Shown: in pieces, positions 8,827 through 20,700 of the stretch
Numbering within the stretch: the first letter of the stretch is position 1
How the letters are laid out: each line of letters opens with the position of its first letter
Origin: Thermodesulfobacteriota bacterium
GTDB taxonomy: Bacteria > Desulfobacterota_D > UBA1144 > Nemesobacterales > Mycalebacteriaceae
NCBI GenBank assembly: GCA_965226585.1
Contig: OZ245366.1
Span: 32,001 to 96,000 of the forward strand
Reading direction: 5' to 3'
Length of the DNA stretch: 64,000 nucleotides
The notes under the pieces: generated by a model
What the model saw: only the letters and a program-made list of their open reading frames with translations
What the model was told of the DNA's origin: nothing
Databases searched by the model: none
Made by a program: the position numbers and the translations under genes

Positions 8827-10121
8827 CAGTCAAAAAGACTGTTCTCTATTATTATCGCCTCCTCACGCGAGGGACCCACGGAGATTAAACTCACGTCCGC
8901 CCCGCAAAGCGTCTTTATCCTCTCTATAAAATCAACCGCCGCCTGAGGAAGATTTGAAACCGTTTGCGCCCCGCTTATGTCTTCCTCCCATCCGGGAAGC
9001 TCCTCATAAACCGGCTCGCATGAGGAAAGCGCGTCGCAATCCTGCGGAAAAGAATCCGTCTCTTTGCCGCCCGTCCGGTAGGCAACACATATCTTCACCT
9101 TCTCAAAACCGCTCAGCACATCAAGTTTTGTAAGGGCAAGCGATGTTATGCCGTTTATTCTGACCGAATGGCGAAGGGCAACCGCATCAAGCCAGCCGCA
9201 TCTTCTTTTGCGCCCCGTTGTCGCCCCGAATTCCGCGCCTTTTTCGCCCATCGCCCTGCCGTCATCGCCTTTGTCTTCGGTGGGAAAGGGACCCTCGCCA
9301 ACCCTTGTTGTGTACGCCTTCACAACGCCAACCGTAAAGTCCACACAGCCGGGGCTCATTCCGCATCCCGCGCTCACTCCGCCCGAAACCGTGCTTGAAG
9401 AAGTAACGTAAGGATAGGTTCCAAAATCTATGTCAAGAAGCGCGCCCTGCGCCCCTTCAAAAAGCAAACTGCGCCCCCGCTCCGCCGCGTCCGCCAGAAA
9501 AACAACCGTGTCTTCAACAAAACCGGCAAGCCGTTTTCCGTATTGGGTGTAAGACGCGATGGTTGAATCGCGGTCAACCGGCTCTCCGCCAAGCACCTTT
9601 GTTATGTAGAGATTTCTTTCGGGAAGCACGCTGTCAAGCCGCGCCGCGAAGATGTTTTCATCAAGCAAATCCGCCACCCGTATTCCGCGCCGCGCAAATT
9701 TGTCTTCATAAACGGGACCTATTCCCCGCTTTGTTGTGCCGATTTTCGCCCCCGCCGCGCCGCCCTCCCGCAGAGAGTCTATCGCCCTGTGATACGGCAT
9801 AATCACATGGGCGCGTCCGCTAAGTTTCAGGTTTTCAGGAGATACGGAACAGCCCTCGGAGGTGAGAGAATCAATCTCTTCAAGCAAAATCGCGGGGTCA
9901 ACCGCCACGCCGTTTGCTATGACGGAAGTTTTCCCTTCGCGCAAAATGCCTGACGGAATATGGTGGAGAACAAACTTCCCCTTGTCTGTGATGATGGTGT
10001 GCCCCGCGTTGTTGCCGCCCTGAAAGCGGACAATCAGGTCGGTTTTTTCGGCGATAAGGTCAACAACTCTGCCCTTGCCTTCGTCTCCCCACTGCGTTCC
10101 AACAACGGCAAAATTCGGCAT
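8826..10121 (-). CDS. purA: Adenylosuccinate synthetase
   Basis: QWGDEGKG, GGNNAGHT, GTTKRGIGP, FEGAQG, GATTGRKRRCGWLD. Confidence 0.98.
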   Translation of the reverse strand: MPNFAVVGTQWGDEGKGRVVDLIAEKTDLIVRFQGGNNAGHTIITDKGKFVLHHIPSGILREGKTSVIANGVAVDPAILLEEIDSLTSEGCSVSPENLKLSGRAHVIMPYHRAIDSLREGGAAGAKIGTTKRGIGPVYEDKFARRGIRVADLLDENIFAARLDSVLPERNLYITKVLGGEPVDRDSTIASYTQYGKRLAGFVEDTVVFLADAAERGRSLLFEGAQGALLDIDFGTYPYVTSSSTVSGGVSAGCGMSPGCVDFTVGVVKAYTTRVGEGPFPTEDKGDDGRAMGEKGAEFGATTGRKRRCGWLDAVALRHSVRINGITSLALTKLDVLSGFEKVKICVAYRTGGKETDSFPQDCDALSSCEPVYEELPGWEEDISGAQTVSNLPQAAVDFIERIKTLCGADVSLISVGPSREEAIIIENSLFD

Positions 10122-11368
10122 CAGATGCCCCCGGAGATCAGTTCCTCAAGGTTTGAAAAACGGCGGGTGGTTTTTTTGTTCGCCTCTATAAGGCGCAATT
10201 TTGTGGGGCTGTCTATCGCTATCACTCCGTAAGAAGGCGGCATCGCGAAAGACGCCTTGCGCGGAGGGCGCGGTTTTGTTTCGGCAACAACCTGAAACCC
10301 GTTAGACCTGAGCCAGTTGCTGAGCCGTATCGCCTCTTTTCTGAGAGACGGCTTTGTGGGGATAACAACAAAGTGAACCGTCTCTTTCTTGCCCTTTTTC
10401 TCCGCAGACAAGGTTTTGACTATCCCCTCCACATCCGCCGCGAAACCGGTGGCGGGAGTGTTGTATCCGTAACGTTTTATGAGAGAGTCATACCTTCCGC
10501 CCACGATAAGGGGAGCGGCGGCGCGGGGGTGAAGTATTTGAAAGGTAACGCCCGTGTAGTAGTTGAAATTCCGCACATCGCAAGCGTCAACACTAATCTC
10601 GCAATCAATTTCGTACTCTCCGAGAACCTCAACTATACTGCGTATATTCGCCGCCGGATTTTTAAGTTCGGCAACCGAATCCATAAGGGAAAGCGCCTTG
10701 TTCGTCTCCCGCGTTTGCGTGAGGGCGGTTATCTTCCGCCGTGTGGAGGCGGGCATTTTTGAAGCGTCAAGCGAGCGCGCCAGTTCTCTGCCGGATTTCA
10801 TTTCAAGGGCATCTTTCACGGCTTGTTTCTCTTTTCCCGCGAGTCTCTCAACCGCCCTCACCGCCCCCGAATGGCCAATGTCTAACACAAGGTCTGACAG
10901 CCCCGCTCTGGTGAGAGAGTTCACGGCAAGCGCCATAATCTCTGCGTCTGCGGTGAAATCTTTTTTGCCCACAAGTTCACAGCCCGCCTGAAACAGTTCG
11001 CGCTCCCTTCCGCTTGACTCATGCTCAAACCGCACAACCCTGCCGGAGTAGCAAAGTCTTTGCGGCTCTTTCAGGTGGCTCAGCCGTGTGGCGACAATCC
11101 GGCATATTTGCGGAGTTATATCGGGGCGGAGGGCAACAACATCACCCGTTGACGGGTCGACAAACTTCATCACACGCGATTTCAGGCGGTCGTTCAGACC
11201 GGCGTTTATCGCCTCAAGGTTTTCAAAAAGCGGCGTTATAACCCGCCGGTATCCCCACTTGTAATACTCGTCAAGCAGTTCGCTTTCGGCGTTTTTCAGT
11301 CCTCCCGCCTCGCTCGGAACAAAGTTCTTCACGCCTTGAGGCAGAAGCATGTTGGTATTGTTACTCAA
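10121..11368 (-). CDS. hisZ: ATP phosphoribosyltransferase regulatory subunit
   Basis: HisRS-like fold (LRPDITPQI, QAGCEL, YYTG, GGRYD, ATGFA); conserved position upstream of purA. Confidence 0.9.
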   Translation of the reverse strand: MSNNTNMLLPQGVKNFVPSEAGGLKNAESELLDEYYKWGYRRVITPLFENLEAINAGLNDRLKSRVMKFVDPSTGDVVALRPDITPQICRIVATRLSHLKEPQRLCYSGRVVRFEHESSGRERELFQAGCELVGKKDFTADAEIMALAVNSLTRAGLSDLVLDIGHSGAVRAVERLAGKEKQAVKDALEMKSGRELARSLDASKMPASTRRKITALTQTRETNKALSLMDSVAELKNPAANIRSIVEVLGEYEIDCEISVDACDVRNFNYYTGVTFQILHPRAAAPLIVGGRYDSLIKRYGYNTPATGFAADVEGIVKTLSAEKKGKKETVHFVVIPTKPSLRKEAIRLSNWLRSNGFQVVAETKPRPPRKASFAMPPSYGVIAIDSPTKLRLIEANKKTTRRFSNLEELISGGI

Positions 11369-12951
11369 AGCGTAACCTGCGTTATGGATATGATTCCTTC
11401 AAGGGCGGCGATTTTCTCTATCTCCGCCTCAGACACGGGAGAGTCAACATTTGTGAAAACTATCGCCCTTCCGCCAACCGCTTCGCGCCCCAAGTGCATA
11501 CGGGCGATGTTGATTCCCGCCGCGCTGATAATTCCGCACATTCCCGCAATAAGCCCCGGCTTGTCGTGATTTTCGCTTATAAGCAGTATTCCTTCGGGGG
11601 CAACATCAAGCGGAACGCCGTCCACTTTCACAAATCTCGGCTCCTGTCTGCCGAATATCACGCCGGACACGCTCCGCTTTCCTTCGGGGGCGGAAACGCT
11701 TGCGGTTATCAGGTTTGTGTAATCGCCCGAAGCCGTGTTTTTTGCCTCCACAACCTCAATCCCCCTGTCTTTTGCGATAACGGGGGCGTTCACCTGCGTA
11801 ACGGTTTTGTTCATCACTTTTGAAAGAAACCCTTGCAAAACGGAGAGAGAAAGAACCTTTGTGTTTGATTGCGCGATGTCGCCCCGGTATTCCACCTTCA
11901 CCTTGCTCGCCCCCGTGCAGGTTTGCGCCAGAAACGCGCCCATTTTTTCGGCGAGGTTCATATAAGGGGAGATGCTTTCCGCCTCCGCCGCGTCAAGAGA
12001 GGGCATGTTGACGGCGTTTTTCACAACGCCGCCTGAAAAGTCTATTATCTGCCGCGCTATTGCCGCGCCAACTTTCTCCTGAGCTTCGGCGGTGGACGCT
12101 CCGAGATGGGGAGTGAGAACAACGCCGCTTTTCAGAATCGCCGAACCGCTTTCGGGCGGCTCTGATGTGAACACGTCCAGAGCCGCGCCCGCAAGTTTTC
12201 CGCTTTCAACCGCCGCGCAAAGGGCGTTTTCGTCAACAATGCCGCCGCGCGCGCAGTTTATCAGTATCGCGCCGTCTTTCATTTTCGCTATGGCTTCGGT
12301 GTCTATCATATTTTTTGTCTGCGGGGTAAGCGGGGCGTGAATTGTAATAACGTCTGCGGTTGAAAGGGTTTCATCAAGGTCTGCGAGTTTAACGCCCATT
12401 TTTTCCGCCGCTTCGGGGGCGAGGAACGGGTCAAAGGCAACGGGCGTCATTTTAAGACCCGCCGCTCTTTCGGCGACAAGCTTGCCTATTGTGCCTAGAC
12501 CTATAAGACCGAGGGTTTTGCCGAACAGTTCCACGCCTTTGAATTTTCCTCTTTCCCATTTGCCGCCCGATGTGGAGAGGTGCGCCTGAGGCACTTTTCT
12601 TGCCGCGCTGAACATAAGGGCGATGGCGTGTTCCGCCGTTGTAACGGCGTTTGCTTCGGGTGTGTTCATAACAACTATTCCGCTTCGGGTGGCGGCTTCA
12701 ATGTCAACGTTGTCAACACCGATTCCGGCGCGCCCCACAACTTTGAGAGAGCCGTCCGCCGCGTCTATAATGTCTGCCGTGATTTTTGTGGCGGAGCGGA
12801 TGATAACGCCGTCATAGTTTTTGATTATTTTTTTGAGTTCGTCTGAGTCTATGCTTGAGCGTATGTCCGGCTCGATTCCTGAGGCGGATTCAAGCAGACT
12901 TTTTCCCTCTGGCGCGATGCCGTCTGTAACAAGTATTTTCACGGTAATCAA
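11365..12951 (-). CDS. serA: D-3-phosphoglycerate dehydrogenase with ASB/ACT domains
   Basis: RAGIGVDNVD, GLGTIG, NCARGG, TPHLGAST, C-terminal ACT (HDKPG). Start likely TTG 12951 or GTG 12942. Confidence 0.95.
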   Translation of the reverse strand: MITVKILVTDGIAPEGKSLLESASGIEPDIRSSIDSDELKKIIKNYDGVIIRSATKITADIIDAADGSLKVVGRAGIGVDNVDIEAATRSGIVVMNTPEANAVTTAEHAIALMFSAARKVPQAHLSTSGGKWERGKFKGVELFGKTLGLIGLGTIGKLVAERAAGLKMTPVAFDPFLAPEAAEKMGVKLADLDETLSTADVITIHAPLTPQTKNMIDTEAIAKMKDGAILINCARGGIVDENALCAAVESGKLAGAALDVFTSEPPESGSAILKSGVVLTPHLGASTAEAQEKVGAAIARQIIDFSGGVVKNAVNMPSLDAAEAESISPYMNLAEKMGAFLAQTCTGASKVKVEYRGDIAQSNTKVLSLSVLQGFLSKVMNKTVTQVNAPVIAKDRGIEVVEAKNTASGDYTNLITASVSAPEGKRSVSGVIFGRQEPRFVKVDGVPLDVAPEGILLISENHDKPGLIAGMCGIISAAGINIARMHLGREAVGGRAIVFTNVDSPVSEAEIEKIAALEGIISITQVTL

Positions 12952-12981
12952 GTGGGTGGCAAAGCCGTCAAAACGGGGTAT

Positions 12982-13010
12982 AGTATGCGGAAAGACCCCC
13001 TCTTTGTCAA
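12982..13010 (-). promoter_or_regulatory. Putative sigma70 promoter of serA
   Basis: TTGACA (13010-13005), 17-nt spacer, CATACT (12987-12982). Confidence 0.55.
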
Positions 13011-13025
13011 TCAAGGGGCGTTCCC

Positions 13026-13748
13026 ATGAACACAGACTCAAAAGCGCCGTTTATCAGGCATCTCGCGGAACTCAGAAAAGCGGTTTTGCGGCCTGTTTTG
13101 CTTATCATAGTTTTTTTCATTCCGTGTTATTTTGTCCGTTTTGACATCCTGCGTTTTGCGGTTGAGCCGGTGGTTTCGGCTTTGCCTGAGGGCGGCGGTT
13201 TAATTTTCACCAAGCCGGGCGAGGGTTTTGCGGCTCTTGTGATGTCGTCTTTATTTGCGGCGTTCATGCTTGCCCTGCCGTTCACGCTTTACAGTTTGTG
13301 GGGTTTTATCGCGCCGGGATTAAAGAGGGGTGAGCGGAGGAGTGTGGCGATTTTCGTATTTGCGGGAACGGTTCTTTTTTGCGCGGGTGTATTTTTCTGT
13401 TACCGGTTAGCCGCTCCGCGAGCGTTGGAGTTTTTGCTTTCAGAGCATTCGTCTGATTTTATGACGGCGATGCCGTCTGTTGGGCAGTCGCTGTCGTTTT
13501 TGCTGACGTTATGTTTCAGTTTTGGCGTTGTGTTTGAGTTTCCGCTTGTGGCGTTTCTGCTTTCAAGGTGGGGAGTGGTAAGCGCGAAGGGTTTTGCGGG
13601 TGGAAGGAAATACGCTTATGTGGCTGGGGCGATGGCGGCGGCGGTGATAACGCCGACTACTGATATTGTTTCCATGATGTTTCTGCTTGTGCCGCTTGCG
13701 GTGTTTTACGAAGCGGGAATTGTTACGGCAAAGGTGTTTGGGAAGTAA
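13026..13748 (+). CDS. tatC: Twin-arginine translocase subunit TatC
   Basis: HLAELR, FIAPGL, FEFP, AVITPTTD motifs; about 6 TM segments. Confidence 0.95.
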   Translation: MNTDSKAPFIRHLAELRKAVLRPVLLIIVFFIPCYFVRFDILRFAVEPVVSALPEGGGLIFTKPGEGFAALVMSSLFAAFMLALPFTLYSLWGFIAPGLKRGERRSVAIFVFAGTVLFCAGVFFCYRLAAPRALEFLLSEHSSDFMTAMPSVGQSLSFLLTLCFSFGVVFEFPLVAFLLSRWGVVSAKGFAGGRKYAYVAGAMAAAVITPTTDIVSMMFLLVPLAVFYEAGIVTAKVFGK

Positions 13749-13749
13749 C

Positions 13750-14725
13750 TTCCCACTTCCGTCATTCCGTGCTTGACACGGAATCCAGTATTCAACTGGT
13801 TAAGTAATACTGGATTCCTGCTTCCGCAGGAATGACGTTTTTCCCCACTTCCGTCATTCCGTGCTTGACACGGAATCCAGTATTCAACTGGTTAAGTAAT
13901 ACTGGATTCCTGCTTTCGCAGGAATGACGTTTTTCCCCTTTCCGTCATTCCGTGCTTGACACGGAATCCAGTATTCAACTGGTTAAGTAATACTGGATTC
14001 CTGCTTTCGCAGGAATGACGTTTTTCCCACTTCCGTCATTCCGTGCTTGACACGGAATCCAGTATTCAACTGGTTAGGTAATACTGGATTCCTGCTTCCG
14101 CAGGAATGACGTTTTTCCCACTTCCGTCATTCCGTGCTTGACACGGAATCCAGTATTCAACTGGTTAGGTAATACTGGATTCCTGCTTTCGCAGGAATGA
14201 CGTTTTTCCCACTTCCGTCATTCCGTGCTTGACACGGAATCCAGTATTCAACTGGTTAGGTAATACTGGATTCCTGCTTTCGCAGGAATGACGGGGAGGG
14301 ACAACGGAATGACGTTTTTCCCACTTCCGTCATTCCGTGCTTGACACGGAATCCAGTATTCAACTGGTTAAGTAATACTGGATTCCTGCTTTCGCAGGAA
14401 TGACGGGGAGGGACAACGGAATGACGTTTTTCCCCACTTCCGTCATTCCGTGCTTGACACGGAATCCAGTATTCAACTGGTTAAGTAATACTGGATTCCT
14501 GCTTTCGCAGGAATGACGGGGAGGGACAACGGAATGACGTTTTTCCCCACTTCCGTCATTCCGTGCTTGACACGGAATCCAGTATTCAACTGGTTAACCA
14601 ATACTGGATTCCTGCTTCCGCAGGAATGACGAGGGGGCAATGGAATGACGAGGTGAGGGGCAATGGAATGACGAGGGGGGCAATGGAATAACGAGGGGGG
14701 GGGGGCAACGGAATGGCGGAAAGGG
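13750..14725. repeat. Palindromic element array 3 (9 complete units plus G-rich half units)
   Basis: Units start at 13761, 13853, 13944, 14035, 14126, 14217, 14329, 14442 and 14555; linker mostly GTTTTTCCC(C)ACTTCC. Confidence 0.97.
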
Positions 14726-14737
14726 CAATGCTCACCG

Positions 14738-17700
14738 CTACCACTGGAAATTCAAGCCTGTCCGCAGAATTCTTTCTTCAAACTCATTGGTGGTCGCTCC
14801 GGCAAAATGCACCTGGAAGTTGGGCGTAACCCTCATTCCAAAACTTCCTGACACACCGTAATCCCCCTCGTATTCCGAGAAGTTTATGTCAAGCCCGATA
14901 CGATTGCCCGGCTCTATGTGTGTGGATTTCAACGCCGCCGCCATCGCCACACCGCGTCTCAATGCGGCTATGTCGCGGTCGTGCTGGTCTATCTTGTCCT
15001 GTACCCACGCATTACGCTCATACAAATCGCCGTAACGTTTCGGCTCACTTCCAAGCGGCGTTTCATTAAGTGCCTCAAGTGTTTCACTTGTGAGACGCTC
15101 ACGCCCCTCTTCGGTCATGAACTCCTCAACATTCCTTATCCGCCGCTGATTGGTGTCTTCGGTTCCCGCCGCAATGTATTCCTCTATAACCTGCGCCTCT
15201 CTCCGGTTTCTCGTCTCGTCTATCTCAGACGGCTTTATCTGATGGTCTGCGCAATTCACCTCTTTGAAACACTCATAAGCGTATATCGCGTCTCTAACGG
15301 AAAGGTTTTCCGAGCCTCTCTCAAGTTCGCCCCTGCTTATCCATTTGTCGCCGTCTGCGTCAAAACCGGCAAGCAAATCCGCGCCTCGCGTGAGCCTTTC
15401 AGACTGTATGCCCAAATGCGTGCCAAGCACATCGGCAACATCGTATCCCGCCACCTGACGCGACTCATAGTAGTTTTCCTGCTCGTAAAGCTGTCCCGTC
15501 CGGTCAAACCTGATGTCTTTTGCCGGCACGGAAGAATTCTTGTCGGCAGAGGGCGTTCCAAGAACGGAGTCAATCCGCCTGTTCTGCTCGTATCTGTATG
15601 AACCCGGATCTGTTTTATACAGAACCTGATCCGAAAGCGTCTGATGCCTTTCGCCAAGCGGCGCGCCTGTTACATCAAGGTTCGCCCATCTCTGCCTCTG
15701 GAAGTCAGAGGCTCCCATTCCCTCGTATGAATACGCCGTCCGCCCAAGCAAAGATGTGTTGGGGTCGGGGTCGGGGCGAAGTGTCAGCACTTCCTCCAGT
15801 TTCGCCTGCGTGTATCTGTCCACTCCTCCGAACTCATCGGCAAAGTCGTTCTGCGCGGCAAGCAGTGAATCGCGCTCCGCGTCAATCTTGTCATGCTTCT
15901 TAACATCGCTGTATTCAAGGTAATCCCTCAGCGCGGTAAGGTATGCCGTTCTGGCTTCTTCCTGCTCCTCGCTGTTGCCGGAGTTTGATTCCGCAACCAC
16001 TCGCGCTATCTCCGTGCGAACTCTCTGGTCTGCCGTTTCAGGTCCCATCGCGTTTCCAATCAACACGTCAACCGCGTCAAAGTGGAAGTCCGCCGTTTGC
16101 AAAGTTCCGTCTCCAAGAACGGTTGTTATCCTCGTGGCTCCGCCGGCGCGGGTTGATTCGTCTTTCTTCTCGGAGATGTGTCCGTAGAGGAAATCGTCAT
16201 GCTCGCCCTGCGCTTGGTAGTCCGGCTCGAATTCAGTGTAGTCATATACTGTTCTAAACTCGTATGTCGGCTCCAACACGCCGTTGGCGAGGACTGTGTT
16301 GCCCGTGTGCACTCTAATCGTTCCCGATGTGTGAACCGATGATGAGTTCACAACGTAATACGCCGTGTCATTGTAGAGACCAAGCCCCGTAAATTTGTAG
16401 GCAACATCCGCCTCGTCCGGGGTTCCGGTTCCGAATTCTCTTCCACTGCCGATTGCCCCGTTGAAGTGGTAGTTACGTCCGTTCGCTTCATCTCCGAATG
16501 TCTGCGTTCCGTCTCTGAATGTGTTCGCGCCCGCGCCGATGGATGTTGACCTCCAGCCGGTTGTGTTCGCGCTTTCGCCAAGCGATGTGGCGTTTTGTCC
16601 GCTGATGGATGTTGTGCCCGTGATAACACTTCCCGCAAATGACCTCGCGCCAAGGGATGTGGAGTTGTCGCTTCTGGCGTATGCGAGAGCACCGTAGGCG
16701 GTTGTGTTCTCGCCCTGCGCTTCGGCAAAGTAACCCGTTGCGGTTGACCAGTTACCCGTTGCCTGTGTTTCCACACCGCCGGCGTGCGCTCCGTTACCGT
16801 CTGCCTTTGCGTCAATACCCGCCACGAATGAGCCGTTACCGGTGGCGTTCAGGTTTCTTCCGATTGCCACACTGTTCGCGGCAATCGCGTATGCGTTTCG
16901 TCCGATGGCAATTGAGCCGTCATTTGTGGCGTGAGCATTCACACCAATCGCTATTGAATCTTTTCCGCTTGCTTTTGCGTCTTTACCAACCGCTATTGAG
17001 TCCCTTCCGGTCGCGCTCGCGTTCTGCCCGAAAGCGGATGAGTTTGCCCCGCTCGCGTACGCGCCCTGACCCACAGCCGTTGAGTTGTATTTCACAGCGG
17101 CGGAGTTTTGACCCACAGCCGTAGTATCCCTGTCTGTAACGTAGGCGTTCTGACCAACCACCACTCCGTTCACGCCTTGCGAGTTAAAGGTTGAGGCGAA
17201 AGCGTTTTGACCCACCGCCACAGAATTGTGCATTTGCGTGTTGGCAATCTGACCGAGCGCGGTTGACACATTTCCGCCAGCCCACGAACCCTGACCCAGA
17301 GCCGTTGTTTTGTTGCCCACCGCGTTCGCGTTCTGACCAATCGCGGTTGTGTCAACGTAGGTGAGGATAACAATTCCACTTGCCGCGCCCTGACCAAAAG
17401 CGGATGAGTTGATGGAAAGCGCGTGAGAGTTCTGACCAACCGCCGTTGCGTCAAACAGATGCGTCAACACGCCGTTTATCACAACACTGCCGTTCGCGGT
17501 GGCGGCGTTCTGACCAACCGCCGTGCCGTTTATGTTGTTGGCGGATGCGTTGTGCCCGACAGCGGTTGTGTTCGAGTCAATCGCGGCGGCGTAACCGCCG
17601 TAAGCGGATGAGAATGTTCCCGCCGCTTCCGCTCTGTAACCGGTTGCGGTGGATTCGGTTCCCGTTGCCTGCGTGTTTATACCCGAAACGGTTGACCCGT

Positions 17701-20700
17701 TACCCGTTGCTTTTGAATCTATACCCGCAACAAATGCTCCGGGCGCGGCGGCGTTCAGGTTTCTTCCGATTGCCACACTGTTCACGGCGGTTGCGTATGC
17801 GTTTCTTCCGATGGCGATAGACGCCTCGGCGGATGCGGTTGCTCCCACACCAATTGCTATTGCTTGAATTCCGCTGGCGGTGGAGTCTTTACCTATTGAT
17901 ACCGTGTCCACTCCGGTTGCCGCCGCGTTGTGTCCGAAGGCGGACGAGTTCCGACCGCTGGCGACTGAGAAACTGCCAACCGCCGTTGTGTCAAAATGTG
18001 TCGCCGCCGAGTTGTAGCCGAAGGCGGATGAGTTTATGCCCGTTGCTTTTGAAAATCCGCCGACCGCCGTTGTGTCGTCTGCGGCGGTGAGAGAGTTAAC
18101 ACCAATGGAAACCGAGTTGTCTCCCGTGTAATCGGATGTGAAGATTGACCCCGGATATCCGGGACGCTGGATAAAACCGCCTCCCGCGTTGGCGTTGTTT
18201 CCAATCGCGATTGAACTTCCCCCCCACACATGGGCGTTAAGACCTATTGCGACAGAGGCAACCGCATTTCCCGTAACATTTGAGATAGTGCCGAACGCTA
18301 TTGAGTTTGTCCTGAAACGGCTCACAAAAGCGTAACGTCCAATCGCCGTTGATGACGATGCGGATGATTGCGCCGAATCACCGATTGCTATTGCGTGCAA
18401 GCCGAAGACCGCTCTTGAGTTCGCGCCAACCGCCACACTGTTCACTCCGTGTGCGGCAAGGGCGTTCGCGCCCGCCGCGAAACCGCCCGCTGAAAATGCC
18501 CTCGCGTTGTAGCCAATGGCAATCGCCTTTATTGAAGTCGCCTGCGCCCTTTCACCGAAAGCAATTGAAGATTCGCCAAGTGCTTTTGAGTCAAGACCAA
18601 TCGCCACCGCGTTATCCGCCGCTGTGAGGGCGTTCACACCCATCGCTATGGAGTTGTCTCCCGCGTAGTCTCCAAGTTCCCCTTCCGCCAGATTGCCGGC
18701 CGCCTTTTGCACAATGCCGTTGCCCGCGTTCGCGCCGTTACCGATGGCGATTGAGCCGGTTCCCCACGCGATTGAGTTGAGACCAACCGCAACTGCGGCG
18801 GAAGCGTTTCCGGCGGCGTTTGCGAATGAGCCGATTGCCACGGTGTTTGTTCTGAACGGATTCACGGAAGCGTTTCGTCCAATCGCCGTTGATGCCGAGG
18901 CGAGAGAAGCGGCGGAATCACCGATTGCTATTGCGTAGTCTCCGCCCGCAGTAAGCGAGTTATGACCCACGGAGATTGAGAAAAATTCTATGGATTGCGC
19001 GTAGGGTCCAATCGCAACAGACGCGCCGCCGTTCACTATTGCCGAATAACCCACCGCAACCGCCAGAGGTTTGTTTGTCCACGATTCCGCGCCAATGGCT
19101 ATTGACGCAAAAGCCGACATACCCGCGTTTGCGTTCGCGCCGAAGGCGAGAGCGTCATTCGCGCCCGCGAAAGAGTCAATACCAATCGCCATGGCGTTTG
19201 TGCCGAAGGTTTTGTCGCCGTCATAAAGGATGTTTCCGTCTTCATCTCTGGCGATTTGATACGAATACCCGGTACCCCCGGCGATAATTTCGGTGGGGAA
19301 GGTGGTAATAATGTTTCCTTCTCCGTCTTCAAAGATAAGGTTTCCGTTCCTGTCTTTAACAACGTTTCCGAAAATGTCTCTGGCGACTATGGCTGTGGAT
19401 GTGTTTGCCGAGGATATTTCGGTCGGGATGACAAATCCGGCGGGGAAAGTGGTAACGATGTTTCCGTATTGGTCGCTGTACACAATGTTTCCGTTCCTGT
19501 CTTTAACAACGTTTCCGTACCTGTCTTTGGAAACTATGTATGTTCTGGTGTATGTGGGGAGGTTCACGTCTGTGTTTGGACGAAAGACCATCAGGGGAAC
19601 CCTGCCGCCCGCAACGGCGTTTTGACCGAAGGCGATGGCGTTTCCTGCAAACGTTTTTGAGTTTGTTCCGATAGACACGGCGGCATAGGCGTTTGAGTAT
19701 GTGGTGGCTTTTTCACCGATGGCTATTGAACTGTCTGCAAATGCCGTTGAGCGGTGTCCAAAAACGGACGCTCCGTTTCCGTAGGCGGTTGTTCTCGCGC
19801 CGTAGGCGGATGATTTGTGTCCGGCGGCTTCAGAGAGGTAACCGAATGCGGCGGATTCAATACCCGTTGCCGAAGTGTTTATACCCGAAACGGTTGAACC
19901 GTTGCCCGTTGCTTTTGAATCTATACCCGCCACAAATGAACCCGGCGCGCTGGCGTTCAGGTTTCTTCCGATTGCCACACTGTTCGCGGCGGTTGCGTAT
20001 GCGTTTCGTCCGATGGCGATTGACGCCTCTCCGGTTGCGTTTGCTCCCACACCAATCGCTATGGCGTCTATTCCCGTGGCGGTTGAGTCTTTACCTATTG
20101 CTATGCTGTCAAGCCCAAGCGATTGCGCGTTGTGTCCGAAGGCGGATGAGTTTGTTCCCCGCGCCCATGAGGAAGAACCAACGGCGGTTGAGTTGCTTCC
20201 CGCAACGGTTTTTTGCCGTGTGCCGTCTGCGTAGAGGTTTTCCCCGTACTGTGTTTCATAAACAATATTTCCGTGCTCATCTCTCACTATTTTAGTTACG
20301 TTCGCAACTACATTTGTATATACCGGGTTTCCGTTCTCGTCTGTTACGAGTTGCACAGTCGGGGTCGCAGAATCGTCTTCCACATATTCATATACCTGCT
20401 CTCCGGCTGCGTTAAGAACCGGGTCGTATTGGGGAATTCCTTCCACATCAAAAACCTGATTTCCGTCTGCGTCAAGTCTCGGTTCATATTTCGGCACACG
20501 TATGGTTTTGGGATAAACAAGTTCCGTTTTCTGCACCAATGTTGTTTCCTGCACGGTAACGGTTTTCGGCACACGGGTTGTAACGGCTCCGGCGGTGGCG
20601 TTCAGTCCAATCGCCACTGAGTTATGCCCGAAAGAGCGGGCGTTATAACCAAACGATGAAGTTCCGTTTCCCCATGAGGCGGAGTTATAACCAACCGCCA

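Noticed and set aside
12952..13041. Long N-terminal extensions in the ORF track (serA, ispB, 35184-35564, 42359-42523, 52035-52145, 48971-49024)
   Set aside because: They overlap neighbouring genes or promoters, and family homology starts at downstream codons.
13750..14725. CRISPR or other guide-RNA array interpretation of the tandem arrays
   Set aside because: Units are 76 bp with repeated rather than unique linkers, only 5-6 loop positions vary, and no cas or Nop-domain gene is visible in the window.
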